Shown: positions 1 through 13,719 of the stretch, in pieces
Layout of the letters: every line of letters begins with the position of its first letter
Numbering within the stretch: position 1 is the stretch's first letter
Assembly (NCBI RefSeq): GCF_000315625.1
Contig: NW_005434583.1
Span: forward strand, 144,621-208,620
DNA from: Guillardia theta CCMP2712
Lineage: Eukaryota > Protista > Cryptophyta
Direction of reading: 5' to 3'
DNA: 64,000 nucleotides
Notes under the pieces: model-generated
What the model saw: only the letters and a program-made list of their open reading frames with translations
Told to the model about the DNA's origin: nothing
Database searches by the model: none
Position numbers and translations under genes: made by a program

Positions 1-3000
1 ATCGTCGACGTCAAGACGTACCTCAGGCTCGCTCCTGTCCCTCCGACGCCCTTCATACACCTCAGCTCCTCCTCGGACTCCCACTCCGTTGCCTCGCATG
101 ACGTTGACCCGATCCGCCCTAGCCCCGGCGTGTACACGTCCAGCCCCACGAAAGACCCGTTGATCAACACGGTGTAGGAGTCCGTGCCTGCATAGTTGCT
201 CTGGTTGCTCACGGACTGCACTGTTGGTACATCGTACGTGTACACGTCGGTCGTGCTCCCTACTATGCTCCCTGCCGTCACCGTCACCAGCTTGCTCCCT
301 CCCCCCCCGTATGGTACGATGCAAGATATCGACGTGGTCGATACCCACTCGCTCGACTCCATCCCGCTTCCCCCTACAGCCCCTGCGCCTGTGTACGCCA
401 CGCCGTCCTCGTAGTACCCTGCGATGGTGAAGCTCCGGTATTCAAGAGACTTTGCGATGTTTCTGGTGTTATTGAGCCCTATGTGGATGCTCATGTCGTA
501 CGAGGTCAGCTCCGTCGTCGACCCCCCGCGATCTCCGACCGTGACCGAGACTCCCTTGCTCTTGCCTATCCCTGCGCTCGCATAGCATACGATCGAGGTG
601 TCCGACTCCCACTCCGTCCCCTCGCTTGCCGTCCCGCCTATCCTCCCTGTCCCCGTCACGTCCTGTAGCCCCAGCCCGCTCCCCAGCACCCGTACCCTCA
701 CGCTCCCCGTCGTGGGAAGATTATGAATATCAGCCACGTTGACGGACGATACTGACGCAACCTCCGCTGATACCGCCTCCGTCATCGACCCGCTCAGCTG
801 CCCTGCTGTGATCACCACGCTCCTGCTCCCCGCCGTGACCCCTGCGGCCTGACATACGATCGAGGTGTCCGACTCCCACTCCGTCCCCTCGCTTGCCGTC
901 CCGCCTATCCTCCCTGTCCCCGTCACGTCCTGTAGCCCCAGCCCGCTCCCAGTCAGCGTCAGCATCACGGACCCTGTGCTCGCGAGGTTTGCTCGCTCGT
1001 CGCTCGCGTCCCGCATGATCATAGGAGCGTCGTGAGACATAGCCTCTGTCAGCGTCTGCGATACCAACATCGTCGACGTCAAGACGTACCTCAGGCTCGC
1101 TCCTGTCCCTCCGACGCCCTTCATACACCTCAGCTCCTCCTCGGACTCCCACTCCGTTGCCTCGCATGACGTTGACCCGATCCGCCCTAGCCCCGGCGTG
1201 TACACGTCCAGCCCCACGAAAGACCCGTTGATCAACACGGTGTAGGAGTCCGTGCCTGCATAGTTGCTCTGGTTGCTCACGGACTGCACTGTTGGTACAT
1301 CGTACGTGTACACGTCGGTCGTGCTCCCTACTATGCTCCCTGCCGTCACCGTCACCAGCTTGCTCCCTCCCCCCCCGTATGGTACGATGCAAGATATCGA
1401 CGTGGTCGATACCCACTCGCTCGACTCCATCCCGCTTCCCCCTACAGCCCCTGCGCCTGTGTACGCCACGCCGTCCTCGTAGTACCCTGCGATGGTGAAG
1501 CTCCGGTATTCAAGAGACTTTGCGATGTTTCTGGTGTTATTGAGCCCTATGTGGATGCTCATGTCGTACGAGGTCAGCTCCGTCGTCGACCCCCCGCGAT
1601 CTCCGACCGTGACCGAGACTCCCTTGCTCTTGCCTATCCCTGCGCTCGCATAGCATACGATCGAGGTGTCCGACTCCCACTCCGTCCCCTCGCTTGCCGT
1701 CCCGCCTATCCTCCCTGTCCCCGTCACGTCCTGTAGCCCCAGCCCGCTCCCCAGCACCCGTACCCTCACGCTCCCCGTCGTGGGCATGTTGGGAAAGTCC
1801 GCCACGTTGACGGACGATACTGACGCTACCTCCGCTGATACCGCCTCCGTCATCGACCCGCTCAGCTGCCCTGCTGTGATCACCACGCTCCTGCTCCCCG
1901 CCGTGACCCCTGCGGCCTGACATACGATCGAGGTGTCCGACTCCCACTCCGTCCCCTCGCTTGCCGTCCCGCCTATCCTCCCTGTCCCCGTCACGTCCTG
2001 TAGCCCCAGCCCGCTCCCCAGCACCCGTACCCTCACGCTCCCCGTCGTGGGCATGTTGGGAAAGTCCGCCACGTTGACGGACGATACTGACGCTACCTCC
2101 GCTGATACCGCCTCCGTCATCGACCCGCTCAGCTGCCCTGCTGTGATCACCACGCTCCTGCTCCCCGCCGTGACCCCTGCGGCCTGACATACGATCGAGG
2201 TGTCCGACTCCCACTCCGTCCCCTCGCTTGCCGTCCCGCCTATCCTCCCTGTCCCCGTCACGTCCTGTAGCCCCAGCCCGCTCCCCAGCACCCGTACCCT
2301 CACGCTCCCCGTCGTGGGAAGATTATGAATATCAGCCACGTTGACGGACGATACTGACGCTACCTCCGCTGATACCGCCTCCGTCATCGACCCGCTCAGC
2401 TGCCCTGCTGTGATCACCACGCTCCTGCTCCCCGCCGTGACCCCTGCGGCCTGACATACGATCGAGGTGTCCGACTCCCACTCCGTCCCCTCGCTTGCCG
2501 TCCCGCCTATCCTCCCTGTCCCCGTCACGTCCTGTAGCCCCAGCCCGCTCCCAGTCAGCGTCAGCATCACGGACCCTGTGCTCGCGAGGTTTGCTCGCTC
2601 GTCGCTCGCGTCCCGCATGATCATAGGAGCGTCGTGAGACATAGCCTCTGTCAGCGTCTGCGATACCAACATCGTCGACGTCAAGACGTACCTCAGGCTC
2701 GCTCCTGTCCCTCCGACGCCCTTCATACACCTCAGCTCCTCCTCGGACTCCCACTCCGTTGCCTCGCATGACGTTGACCCGATCCGCCCTAGCCCCGGCG
2801 TGTACACGTCCAGCCCCACGAAAGACCCGTTGATCAACACGGTGTAGGAGTCCGTGCCTGCATAGTTGCTCTGGTTGCTCACGGACTGCACTGTTGGTAC
2901 ATCGTACGTGTACACGTCGGTCGTGCTCCCTACTATGCTCCCTGCCGTCACCGTCACCAGCTTGCTCCCTCCCCCCCCGTATGGTACGATGCAAGATATC

Positions 3001-3925
3001 GACGTGGTCGATACCCACTCGCTCGACTCCATCCCGCTTCCCCCTACAGCCCCTGCGCCTGTGTACGCCACGCCGTCCTCGTAGTACCCTGCGATGGTGA
3101 AGCTCCGGTATTCAAGAGACTTTGCGATGTTTCTGGTGTTATTGAGCCCTATGTGGATGCTCATGTCGTACGAGGTCAGCTCCGTCGTCGACCCCCCGCG
3201 ATCTCCGACCGTGACCGAGACTCCCTTGCTCTTGCCTATCCCTGCGCTCGCATAGCATACGATCGAGGTGTCCGACTCCCACTCCGTCCCCTCGCTTGCC
3301 GTCCCGCCTATCCTCCCTGTCCCCGTCACGTCCTGTAGCCCCAGCCCGCTCCCCAGCACCCGTACCCTCACGCTCCCCGTCGTGGGAAGATTATGAATAT
3401 CAGCCACGTTGACGGACGATACTGACGCTACCTCCGCTGATACCGCCTCCGTCATCGACCCGCTCAGCTGCCCTGCTGTGATCACCACGCTCCTGCTCCC
3501 CGCCGTGACCCCTGCGGCCTGACATACGATCGAGGTGTCCGACTCCCACTCCGTCCCCTCGCTTGCCGTCCCGCCTATCCTCCCTGTCCCCGTCACGTCC
3601 TGTAGCCCCAGCCCGCTCCCCAGCACCCGTACCCTCACGCTCCCCGTCGTGGGCATGTTGGGAAAGTCCGCCACGTTGACGGACGATACTGACGCTACCT
3701 CCGCTGATACCGCCTCCGTCATCGACCCGCTCAGCTGCCCTGCTGTGATCACCACGCTCCTGCTCCCCGCCGTGACCCCTGCGGCCTGACATACGATCGA
3801 GGTGTCCGACTCCCACTCCGTCCCCTCGCTTGCCGTCCCGCCTATCCTCCCTGTCCCCGTCACGTCCTGTAGCCCCAGCCCGCTCCCCAGCACCCGTACC
3901 CTCACGCTCCCCGTCGTGGGCATGT
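1..3925 (-). repeat. Coding tandem array of ~15 near-identical 267-bp (89-aa) IPT/TIG-like units of four types, in higher-order blocks
   Basis: Identical blocks recur at offsets of 1068 (196->1264) and 1602 (1264->2866), both multiples of 267. Each unit has a G-x-x-x-x-E-x-x-x-W-x-S-x-x-x-[IL]-x-C core (e.g. RIGGTASEGTEWESDTSIVC). Confidence 0.95.
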
Positions 3926-6900
3926 TGAGAAAGTCCACAGTATTCACTGTTGAGATCATTGGTAAGTCCGCAGATATTGTCTCCGTGATGGTATACGTGA
4001 TGATGCTATTTGTGATCACAACGGATTTGCTTCCTAGCAGTATTGTTTGGGCCATACATTTTGCAGCACTATCCGATATCCAAGATGTACTTTCAGTTGC
4101 AGTGTAACTGAATCTTGTTGACAAAGTCTTGTGATCTCGAGCAAAGTTTATACCGATGACTGTCCATGTTCGAGACCCAGTGGATGCAAAGTTCATCGGC
4201 TTTGTGAAATTTTCCAGAGATATAGAAGGATGGTCTGTTGAAAAGAGCTCCGTCAAGGAGCCAGTGGTAATCATTGCAGTCATCACTATTTTCGAAGTCT
4301 GAAATGATCCTGACAACGTCTTGCAAGCAATGGAAGTTTCACTTTCCCAAACACTTGCTTCACAAGAAGACAGACCGACTCGTCCTTTCATTGTCACAGT
4401 GTTGGAACAGAAGAAAGAACCACTCACAGTCATGGTTCTTGCATGTAGTGCTGGGCTATTGTACAAGGTCCTGGTCTCGTTGGTTTGATTGGCAAACTGA
4501 TTCTGTGCAAACAATACGAAGTATGGAATGTAAGGAACGCAGTACTTGTCCGGGGCTGTGTTCGGGTCATCGTTGCACAGGCAGTGGAAATAGCATTTGC
4601 AGGCTGTCCTGTCCCAGACGCCCTTGGGAAACCGATTGCAGGGGTCCAACTTGAGCTTGACCTCGGTTGGGTTGCTGGTGATCTGTTTGGGTGAAAGCGC
4701 AGAAAAGAAGATCGAAGTGTTCGATGTCAGGATGACACTGACTGCGGCAGATTTGTCCATCTTCGTCTGTATGCGATTGCTAGAGCCATTCTGCGCTTCG
4801 ATCCAATAGAAGACCTCTGAATCTTCTCTAACAGTGTTGACTCGCAGCTCGATAACCTCACTGTTGGAGGCCTGGCACAACTCATCCACCTTGACATACT
4901 GCACGTACTTCAGCGCTACCTCAGAGTTCACATCACGTTGTATGTGTATGCTATTCGTGCTGAAATTGACCGCCAGCACTTGCATCGCTCGATTTCGGCC
5001 GATGCGAACGGGTGGATGTTGTACTTTGGCAGTGTCGGTGAACCCAACCTCTCGCACATCAGCGACGAAGATCTGAGCATCGCCAGGCAGATAGTCTCGA
5101 ATTAGAAGCGACCCTGGGAAGTCTTTCCTCCACAGTCGGGTTGGGCCCTCATCCACGTTGTCCCCGATCAAATTTCCAGACGAGCACAGTCCCTGATTCA
5201 CGGTTTCACAAGGAATCCTCATGACGGCCCCGCAGTAACTCGAGCTGTTGTCAAAGATGAATTCGAAGGGTTTAGGTACATAAGCAGGCTTTTCCTCTCG
5301 CAAGGTTTGCTCATAATATAAGACTATCGCATCAATCTCAGCGGGGTCTAACGCACGGGGCCACACGGCAATCTCTGCCACAGCCCAAGGGCTCGTGCGA
5401 TATTTGTTGATGAAGATTTCAGTGTTGACATTCCAATTCCTGTCGATCTTCGACTTGAACGAGAATCGCTGCCCCATACTGGATAACACGAAATATTTCT
5501 CACCAGTGTTCTGCCCACAGAATACATTCCAATTCGTGTGGTTAATCTCGAACCTTCCTTCTGCCTCCATGATGTTCTCGAAAGCTCCTGAATCTTTGTA
5601 GTGAATGTAGAGGATTCCAGTCTGATTCCCCGATACTGCTCTCCGCCTTGCAACGCAACAGATGGTTGAGTCAGAGGTCAGAAGGGGAGCAGGGAACCTC
5701 ACGCTTGTGTCTGCGTATCCTTCTACAGCAGCCATGGGGTAAACAGCGCCGTAACCTGACACGTTCTCAAGCACTGCAAGACCTGGGTAATGATCTCTGA
5801 TGTTGCCTTGTTCCTCTACGAAAGCATGGAGCCTGTTGCCAGAAGAATCTTGCCAAACTTGGGAGCTCTGGTCGAAGTCCCAGGCCTTGAATCTGCCATG
5901 AAGAGCTGAGACAACCTCTCGTTGGTATGTCACTGAGGGAGCTTCCGTCTTCCTGGGGACCTCAAACTTCTGTTGAGCCAAGAAACTGTCTTTCGAGCCC
6001 TCTGTGACTCTCTTGGCCAGTATAGTGAGCTGCTCTGGGATGTCCTCAACCTTGCGCGAGATCGATGCCCTCGAGTGATTGACTTGCAGATTGATGTCAA
6101 AGAATCCAGTCGGCAAAGCTCCATCGAACGAATTTCCAGCAACATCTGTCGATCGCAAGATGTCAAGTGTTTCACTCAGGAATTCCGTCATCTCAACGGA
6201 ATTGTCTAGCAATAGCTTGCGTTGGAAGAAGAGAGAGCCGGCAGGACAGAAAGTTGTGTTGAATGGAGGAAAGCAGACAATGGTGTAATAAACTTGGGAA
6301 AGACTGGAGGCATTCTGCAGCTTCAGGTATGCAAAGGTCGTGAATGAATCGTTCCTTGTTCCGACTAGAAGCGATTGAACCGACGTGGATGCGTTACCTT
6401 GGAAACGAGGAGGCGAAAATCGTCCAACATCGAGGCCGCAAGTAAAGGGAGGAGTGACTTGTGAGTAGACGAACGGCTTGACCGACACGAAGGGAAGTAT
6501 GACAATCTTAAGATCCACGAAGAACCTCGGCAGGTACGGCGTGTCCTTCAGGAAATACCTCAAGGTCAAATTGCCCGAGGAGTGGGAGATCCTGACCCCC
6601 TGGAAGTCTGCGTGCCCCTGTTGCATGTAGACCTCGAACGGCTGGACGTAGTTGTCGTCGAGCTGGTCCCCATCAGAGTTGTAAACTATGAGCTTCACTC
6701 GGAAGTTATCGCTGGTTGCAATCTGACTGATTACGGCTGCATCCTTGCCCAAGGCTGAAATCCGGACAGTAGGCGCAAGAACAACGTCACGTGAATCCAA
6801 TAGAGCAATAGCTACGTTCTGGCCCTCGTACGATACCTTCTGCTGATTCAGGAAGTCCTCCACAATCGAGCTGGAGACCGTAGGGCGAGCATATTCCGAG

Positions 6901-9900
6901 AGTTCCACTTGATATGGAAAGATCGTGAAAGTGGATGAAATCGCGGTCAAATTGTGGAACTGACATCCTGAAGGAAATGAGTCGATGGCGAAAGAGAATC
7001 GATAATAGAATTCTCTGCCGGCGAGGTGCAGGATTGTGAGGTTCTGGAAGACTGCTGTACCGTTGACAAACATAAGGTCAGTCTCGCCAACAAGGTTGTC
7101 GTAGACGTCCTGTGCTCTCATGAGCTCTAATTTCACTCGAAAGCCATCAGAGGTCTGTACAGCCTTGATCAGGTTCTGATCTTCGTCGAGGAGAGCGACG
7201 ACCATCCGGTCAAGGAGCTCTCCCTCGAAGATGATGCTTTTCACCGGCGATATCAGTTTGATGCTCTTCGGCTGGATGAAGAATGAACTCGAGGAGTTGA
7301 TGATGTCCGACACTGTGGACTGCAAGACTTGGAGGTCTGTCGTGCCGTTGACTCGCAGTTGGTATGTCAGAGCAAAGTGTGCACCAGCTGACGACAGAAG
7401 TTTGACAGAGCTCGGCACCATGGCCCCGTGATGGAGGAGGAAGGTAGTCGACCCTGCGATATGAGTGCTGCCGAGCTCCTCTCCTCCAGTTTTGACCATC
7501 ACATGCACGTAGATCGTGTCGTCCAAGTTTGACAGCTGCTGACGTCCGTTGTGCAGGGATGCGACCGGCAAGTGAAGATAATCCCCTGTGATGATGGGAC
7601 AGAGAAACGTCTCGGAAAGGTGGATAAATTGCGGCAAGACTGTTAACAAGCCTGTTTCGGCATGTAGATTATCTAGAGCAAATTCAAACTTGAACCTTGT
7701 CCCAACGACCGTCTTGATCCCAAATGAAAATCTGGTTGTTCCACCTACGACTACGAGCTCTGTTGAACCCACCAAGTATTCATATGTGTAGTCATCACTG
7801 TCGTAGAGCAATTTTGCAGTTATGACGAAAGAATCCTCAGACTTGAGGTCTGTCAGAACGTTGCCTTCAATATCCAAGACAGAGACGTTGATGGCGACAA
7901 CTTCATTGGGACCTTCTCCCGTGTACGAGTTGTAGATGTACGGAGAGTCTTGTTCGACCTTCAAAGCGTGTGGCAAGACAAGAAAGGGTTCAGACAGATT
8001 GCTCAGGACAACTTGTGACTGTTGCAGATCTACCATCTCGAAAAAGAATTGATGCAATCCCCCAGAGTTTGTGAAGGCGATTCCGTCGATACTGAATAGG
8101 TTCCCTTCGATCGCACGTTCAACTCGCTGAAGTGTGACATGGGAGACATGCAGACACCCGTCAAGGTATGAGATGTGCTCAAAATTCTTGCTCAAGGGAT
8201 TCAAGACCAGCACAGAAAATTCAAGATCAGCTTCCATGGGATGTGTTGAAATGAAGTCAACAATCACCGCCCTGGTGTTCAAGTCAAACCCGACGCAATA
8301 GGAGCCGTTCACTTGGCATAGACCGAAAGCATAGCGCAACCAACTCTGAGTCGCAGGCCAAGCTATCTCTATGCCCACAACATGCAGTTGAGACGCGATG
8401 CAACAAAGAGAAAGGCTGGAGCCGCCGATGACGTCAAAGTTGAATGCTGCTCGCACAGAGATTGCCATCTTCACTCCAGGTTGCGAAGAATTGGACTGCA
8501 CATCTGCAAGCACAAACCCTGGCTCAAGCACCTTCAGCGGTGCGGCATCTCCTGCCTTGGATCCTTTCCTTTGTGGGACACGCGAATCATCAGGGCTCAT
8601 GTCCACAGCTGCGATGATGAGGACACCACTGGGTGAGAAGCATGCGATCGAGACGAGCCTCCCAGCTTGAGCCGTCCAAGGGTTGACGAAGGAAATGACG
8701 AAGATGACAGGCTCTCCCGCCAAGATGTCAACGCGTGTCGTCAGATTCACTTGCCCTCCAACACCGAACGAGAGCCCAGAGAAATGAGCGTCATTCGAAT
8801 CCAAGGAGAAGGACTGAGGGCCAGTCAGATTCGTGAGAACGATCGTAGAGGCGCTGGGTATCAGAACATTGCTGGTAATAGTGACATTGATGGAGTTGGC
8901 AACTCCAGGATAGGGATCCGCCTGCCCTATGTTCTTCACGAAAAATTGAGGCGCCGAGACTGAGAACGGATAGATGTTGCTTGGAGTACCATCGACTGCA
9001 GTGCATGTCGAAACTTTTGTCTGCGCGATCTGATAAAATCCCTCTAATCCGCAGGAAGAGTTGTATGAGACGCTCACATAGATGTCCAAAGAAGGAATAC
9101 TTGTTTCTGATTCCGGATTCTGTACAAGAAAGGTAACTTGGGAAAACGCTCCAGCTGCTTGAACGCTCTTCACAGGGAGAGAAATTCTGCTCGTGTCTTC
9201 AGACAAAGTCAGTCCATCCTGTGGATACACTATGAAGGAAGACGTTGGAGAGTAACTCGGAGAGGCCTTGTCGCTTACCAATGATATCGTACCATCGAAA
9301 CTCAATGTTATCAGATCTCCGGAGTGCAGGTCGACGTTCGCGCTGAATCGTAAAGTGATGGAGTTGTTCTGACCAGGGAACGAGGAACTCTGCTGAATCT
9401 CCTTCACCGAGAACTTTGGATCCTCGATCGCAAGACCGCTAGACAGGACTGGATTCAAGTGTTAGCAGATGGAAGCATCATACAGGAGATCTTACCTTCT
9501 CTGACCGCACTACAAGAATCTCGGACTATCTGATATGCGGACACACCTATGGGCAAAGGGCTTCTGACGTCTATCGCAAACAATGCTATGCTGACATTCA
9601 TGTTTCCTGTGCTGGGGTTGGTCAAGTTGAGGGAGACTTCAACTGACTGCCCAGCATGCAACGAGTAGTTGACCGAAAGTTCAACTGTGCTGCCGTTGGT
9701 ATCAACTGATGACACTCCGATGGATTCCTGCAAGAAGCATCCAACGGCCGGATTGCTACAATCCACGTCCATGCAAGCATAGGAGGGATGATTCGATGAC
9801 CCGCTCGGACTGCAGAGTTCGGCATAACCACTGCTTGAAGTGTTCAACAAACAGTTGAATCGCAACGTTGCAAGCTGTGAGAAATTGACGGCTGACGGAG

Positions 9901-12900
9901 CAGAGATGCGGAGGATGAAACCAGTCACCAGGTCATAATTGCTTGACACTGAAGTCCTTAGAGTGTTGTTGGCGCAGGGAAATAGATTGTCGTACACGTA
10001 GCTGACTGCAATCAAAGGCCCGTCAGACGCGACAAGCTGGTTATAAGTCATCCCATACATCGACTCGTTCAGCTGCAACAGGACCGCCTCGCTCTCTCGG
10101 GCAACACAAGGGTTTCTAACTGCAAACTCCAAGTGACAGGCTCCAGGCAGAACCTGGTCATTGCCCGTAACAATGAACAGGTTTCCAGTGACGTTGTCCC
10201 AGTGATCAAGAGAAAGACTGCAGTTCGAGACAAAGGAATTATCCTCATACACAAATGTCGAGGTCAAACCCCGTACAATACACTGATTCACTCCACACTG
10301 AAATTCAGCATTGGAAAGAAATGAAATGCTGATAAGGTTGCGACTTGCAGGATCTCTTGAACTCTGAGCTACCTTCAATTCGGTTACCAGGTAGCTTGAT
10401 GTCTGAAAGGGCTGGGCACAGTTCCCCGACTCAAACTTAGATTTCGAAATAAAATGACTTCCAGAAGATGCAATTTGCACGGAAGATGTAGATATGAAGG
10501 AAGGATTCTGCAGAACGAAAGAAAATTCATACAGAATTCCAGAAGAAAGGGTCGAATTGAGTGGGATGCTTACAATCAAGGTACCCATGGCTCTATACCA
10601 CTTGGCAACAGTAAAAATGTCACGGTTCTGACTGTACAATGGAATCTCTGGGTATGAAGTCCCTGAAGCATACAAGCCTGTGATTGAGATCACACTACCG
10701 TCCTTTCCATAAAGATCAACGTTTGAGATTAAGCTAACGTGAATCCTGTTGCTTGCGCCGACATATGATGATGTCTGACAAATGATCTTAGTTGTGAAAG
10801 CGGCCCCAGTGACAGTTAAATCGAAGGTAGGGCTCACTCTGACAACGGGCAAATGTGAGCTTGATATTGTTGAATTGATCGTGATTCGTATGGCGGAAGA
10901 AAATTCTCTGCAGGTAGAACAAGCTGAACAATTTACTGTCGACCTGAATACTGAGAAGTTCATGGCAAAGGCATCGGCTTCGCTCAAGCCGTCAACCACG
11001 TTACCGAAAGAGTCAACTATAGAAACGAGCAGAGGGGGCAAGGTCTTCCCCAAGGAGACATTAGAGAGCAGTGACTGGCTCAAGAATAGAAGTTGTGAAG
11101 GTAAAACAGTGAAATTCCATGTCGAGGCAAAAACCAACCTTGAAAAAGGAAATTCTGCATGAAACTCTAGCCTGTAACCACGACCAGCCTTCTTTACTGG
11201 TCGTATGCCAGCGAAGCGAGCTGTTCCATTGACGACTGATTCTGTCGTGATTCCTGACAAAGCGGAGGCGTAAGGCATGTAAGCATTCTCAAGCGAAATG
11301 TAAAGGCCGACAGAATTGTTGATGGCAAAGGAAGGCCTAATACGGGTCAAACGGGCAGAGACTTGCACATCCTGAGCAACAGTGTCAATTTTCATGTCAT
11401 AGTCCCGGATCTTGACGTCCAAGATGTCCGGAAAATAGGTGGTAACATTCCATGGAACAAAAAGATTGTAAGGCAAAAGAATAAATTGATTTGAATTTAC
11501 AGTGAAAAGTACAACACTCTCGACATTCAGTTGGAATCGCAAGGTGTATGTGGATGGACACTTTGAGAGAGCTCCTAACTCAATGGAAACGTCTGTGAAA
11601 CGAGCATTTCTTTGTATAAGAGGAATTTGGACAGTCCCGGTTAAAGTGACTGTCGCGTCGGTTGCGCTGTCAATTTCAACTGAAACTGTAGGATTAGATA
11701 GAATATAGAGGTCGAGCGGAAGCTCAGGAATCTTCGGCTCAAGCGTAACTGTGAAGACCCCGAGTTGTTGACCGCAAAAATGGTTTGAGATATTAGATGC
11801 CACCAGAAAACCACCATTCTGCAAACTGAATTCGGGCGATGATACCCAGGCAATGCCACCCACATGCTCAAAGAATAATGTATATTTCTTGCCCATACCA
11901 ATCAAGGACAGCTTCTGAAACGCGAAAGCATTGAAAGCTTGAGAAAAATTTACGATTGTGGGTCCTTGGACGTATCCATGCCCTGTTATGTCATTCTGCA
12001 ACAAGCTCATCTTGATTTTGAATCTATCTTCTGGTATCACAATCAAGCTTTCACCTTTTGAATTGACAAATGTCAACAAAATAGTGTCAATGAATTCGTA
12101 AGAACTAGGAAACAGGGTTCTTGAATCAAAATTAAGCCTTGTTGGAACAACCGTGATATTTGACGTGTTTACGCAAAATCCTAGGTCTTGCATACAGATT
12201 TGCAAGAAAAAAGGTGACCCCGTGAGCAAATCGATGTACAAATCGTCGAATATTGCAAGTCCATCGTTGCCGAAGCCTTGAACTTTGGTACCCATCAGAC
12301 TTGAAGTAACTTCTGATTGATCTCGATTAAACATTTGAGCCGCAACGCTGTAACTTTGAAAACTTACATAATAGTTGTTGCACAAATTCCTATCAAAGAA
12401 GGAGACAGGAATTGATGGATAAATGACTTCTTCAAGATTGACAGAGACGGTTTGGAAAGAGAAACGATCGTCCAAGTAGAGGGCTTTTGGAACAACGTTG
12501 TAGAGCAAATATGCTTCATGGATGAAAATTGTTGAATTGAGGTCGCGGATGAGAAGTCTTACCACAGCTTGATATGTCCCAATAAGACATTTCAAAGTCA
12601 ATCCGGAGAAGGAAACAAAGGTAGTTAAGAAATTCTGCGTCAAATTCCCATGCAAGTGATCGCTGGTCACGTCAGCTCCAGCACGCAGATCTAACAGATG
12701 CACTATTGCAAAAAGTCCGTCTTGTGAATCAATCCCCTCCAAGAGAGTCTGATTTCCAACACGCTGTCTCGTCAAATTTGCCGTCATTAATCCATGCCGG
12801 TCCCAGTCCGCTACTAGCACGCTCGCATGTGCTTGAACCCCAGACGTGGAGAGAGAAAAACCTAAGAAAACACCGAATGGCGTTCCTGCAAATAGAGCTC

Positions 12901-13719
12901 GAAACCCCTGCTGCAATGAAGCCTTCACCTGGTACAGAAATCAGCCAGTCTCAAAGAATCATAGAGCTTTACCCGATTTTCACTCCAACTCAAAGTGATG
13001 TTCTGCCCCAATTGTCTTGACAATTCATCATTCAATGTCATGAGATCATAATGCCCGTCTTTAAGCTTGATCTGATATTCTGTGCCCAAATAGGAATACA
13101 CAAAAATATTGTTTCCAAGGTTTTCACTAATCAAAGTTGTGAAGTCTGTAGCTGCCACAGCTAGCGAAAATGTTGGAACAGGAGCATTTGCTTGCAGCAC
13201 GAAATCTGTGTTGGAGTCTGGCAGAACAATTTTTTGAGGCATTATTGTGAAATCATTGGAAACGAGTTCGATGGAACCTGAGCCGTCTAAGTTCACAAAG
13301 GTCGAAAATTTCAACCTATACCCCGTTCCTGCTTCAAAGGAATCGAGTTGTAATTGAGTATACCGTACAATGCCATCACCTTCGGTACTTTGTACAACAA
13401 TTTTTCCAGAGAGAGGAACTTCCCTTTCTCTCTTGTATAACTTTGCTTGCACGATATAAGAAACTCCTTCACAACATGCCATGCCATATCTATCCACAAG
13501 GCGTAGTTGAACCTGAGGTAGAGCATAACGACCCCTATTCAAGCTCATATGGCACCGACTGTCTTCAGCATGCAACTGGCCGAGAGTACAGTTTGATCCG
13601 AATAGAGATAATTGAAAGTCGCCCCCGGCACACGAGAAATGACAAGGAAACAGCAATAGAATAAATGCAAGAACCCAGCACACCCGGCAAGGGATCTTCA
13701 TTGCGACCACGTATGGCAT
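1..13719 (-). CDS. Giant secreted/surface protein (>4,500 aa, 3' end beyond window): signal peptide, Ig-like repeats, 'QSS.P...N.I' repeats, LamG/ConA-like domain, IPT/TIG-like tandem repeats
   Basis: Exons 13719-12973, 12928-9496 and 9448-<1, joined by GT-AG introns 12929-12972 (44 nt) and 9449-9495 (47 nt, ctaac branch). Splicing gives ...WSENR|VKASL... and ...AVRE|VLSSGLAIEDPKFSVKEIQQSSSFPGQNNSITL. The frame after intron 2 equals the frame of the W codon at 609-611, and the ORF track reports no stop-terminated ORF in that frame, so exon 3 appears open for 9.4 kb. Hydrophobic N-terminus (WVLAFILLLFPCHFSCA). Confidence 0.85.

Noticed and set aside
196-4107. Many short repeated ORFs on both strands; possible CRISPR-like array
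   Set aside because: They are shadow frames of the single open minus-strand reading frame. Units are 267-bp coding repeats with no short repeat/unique spacer structure, and there are no cas genes.
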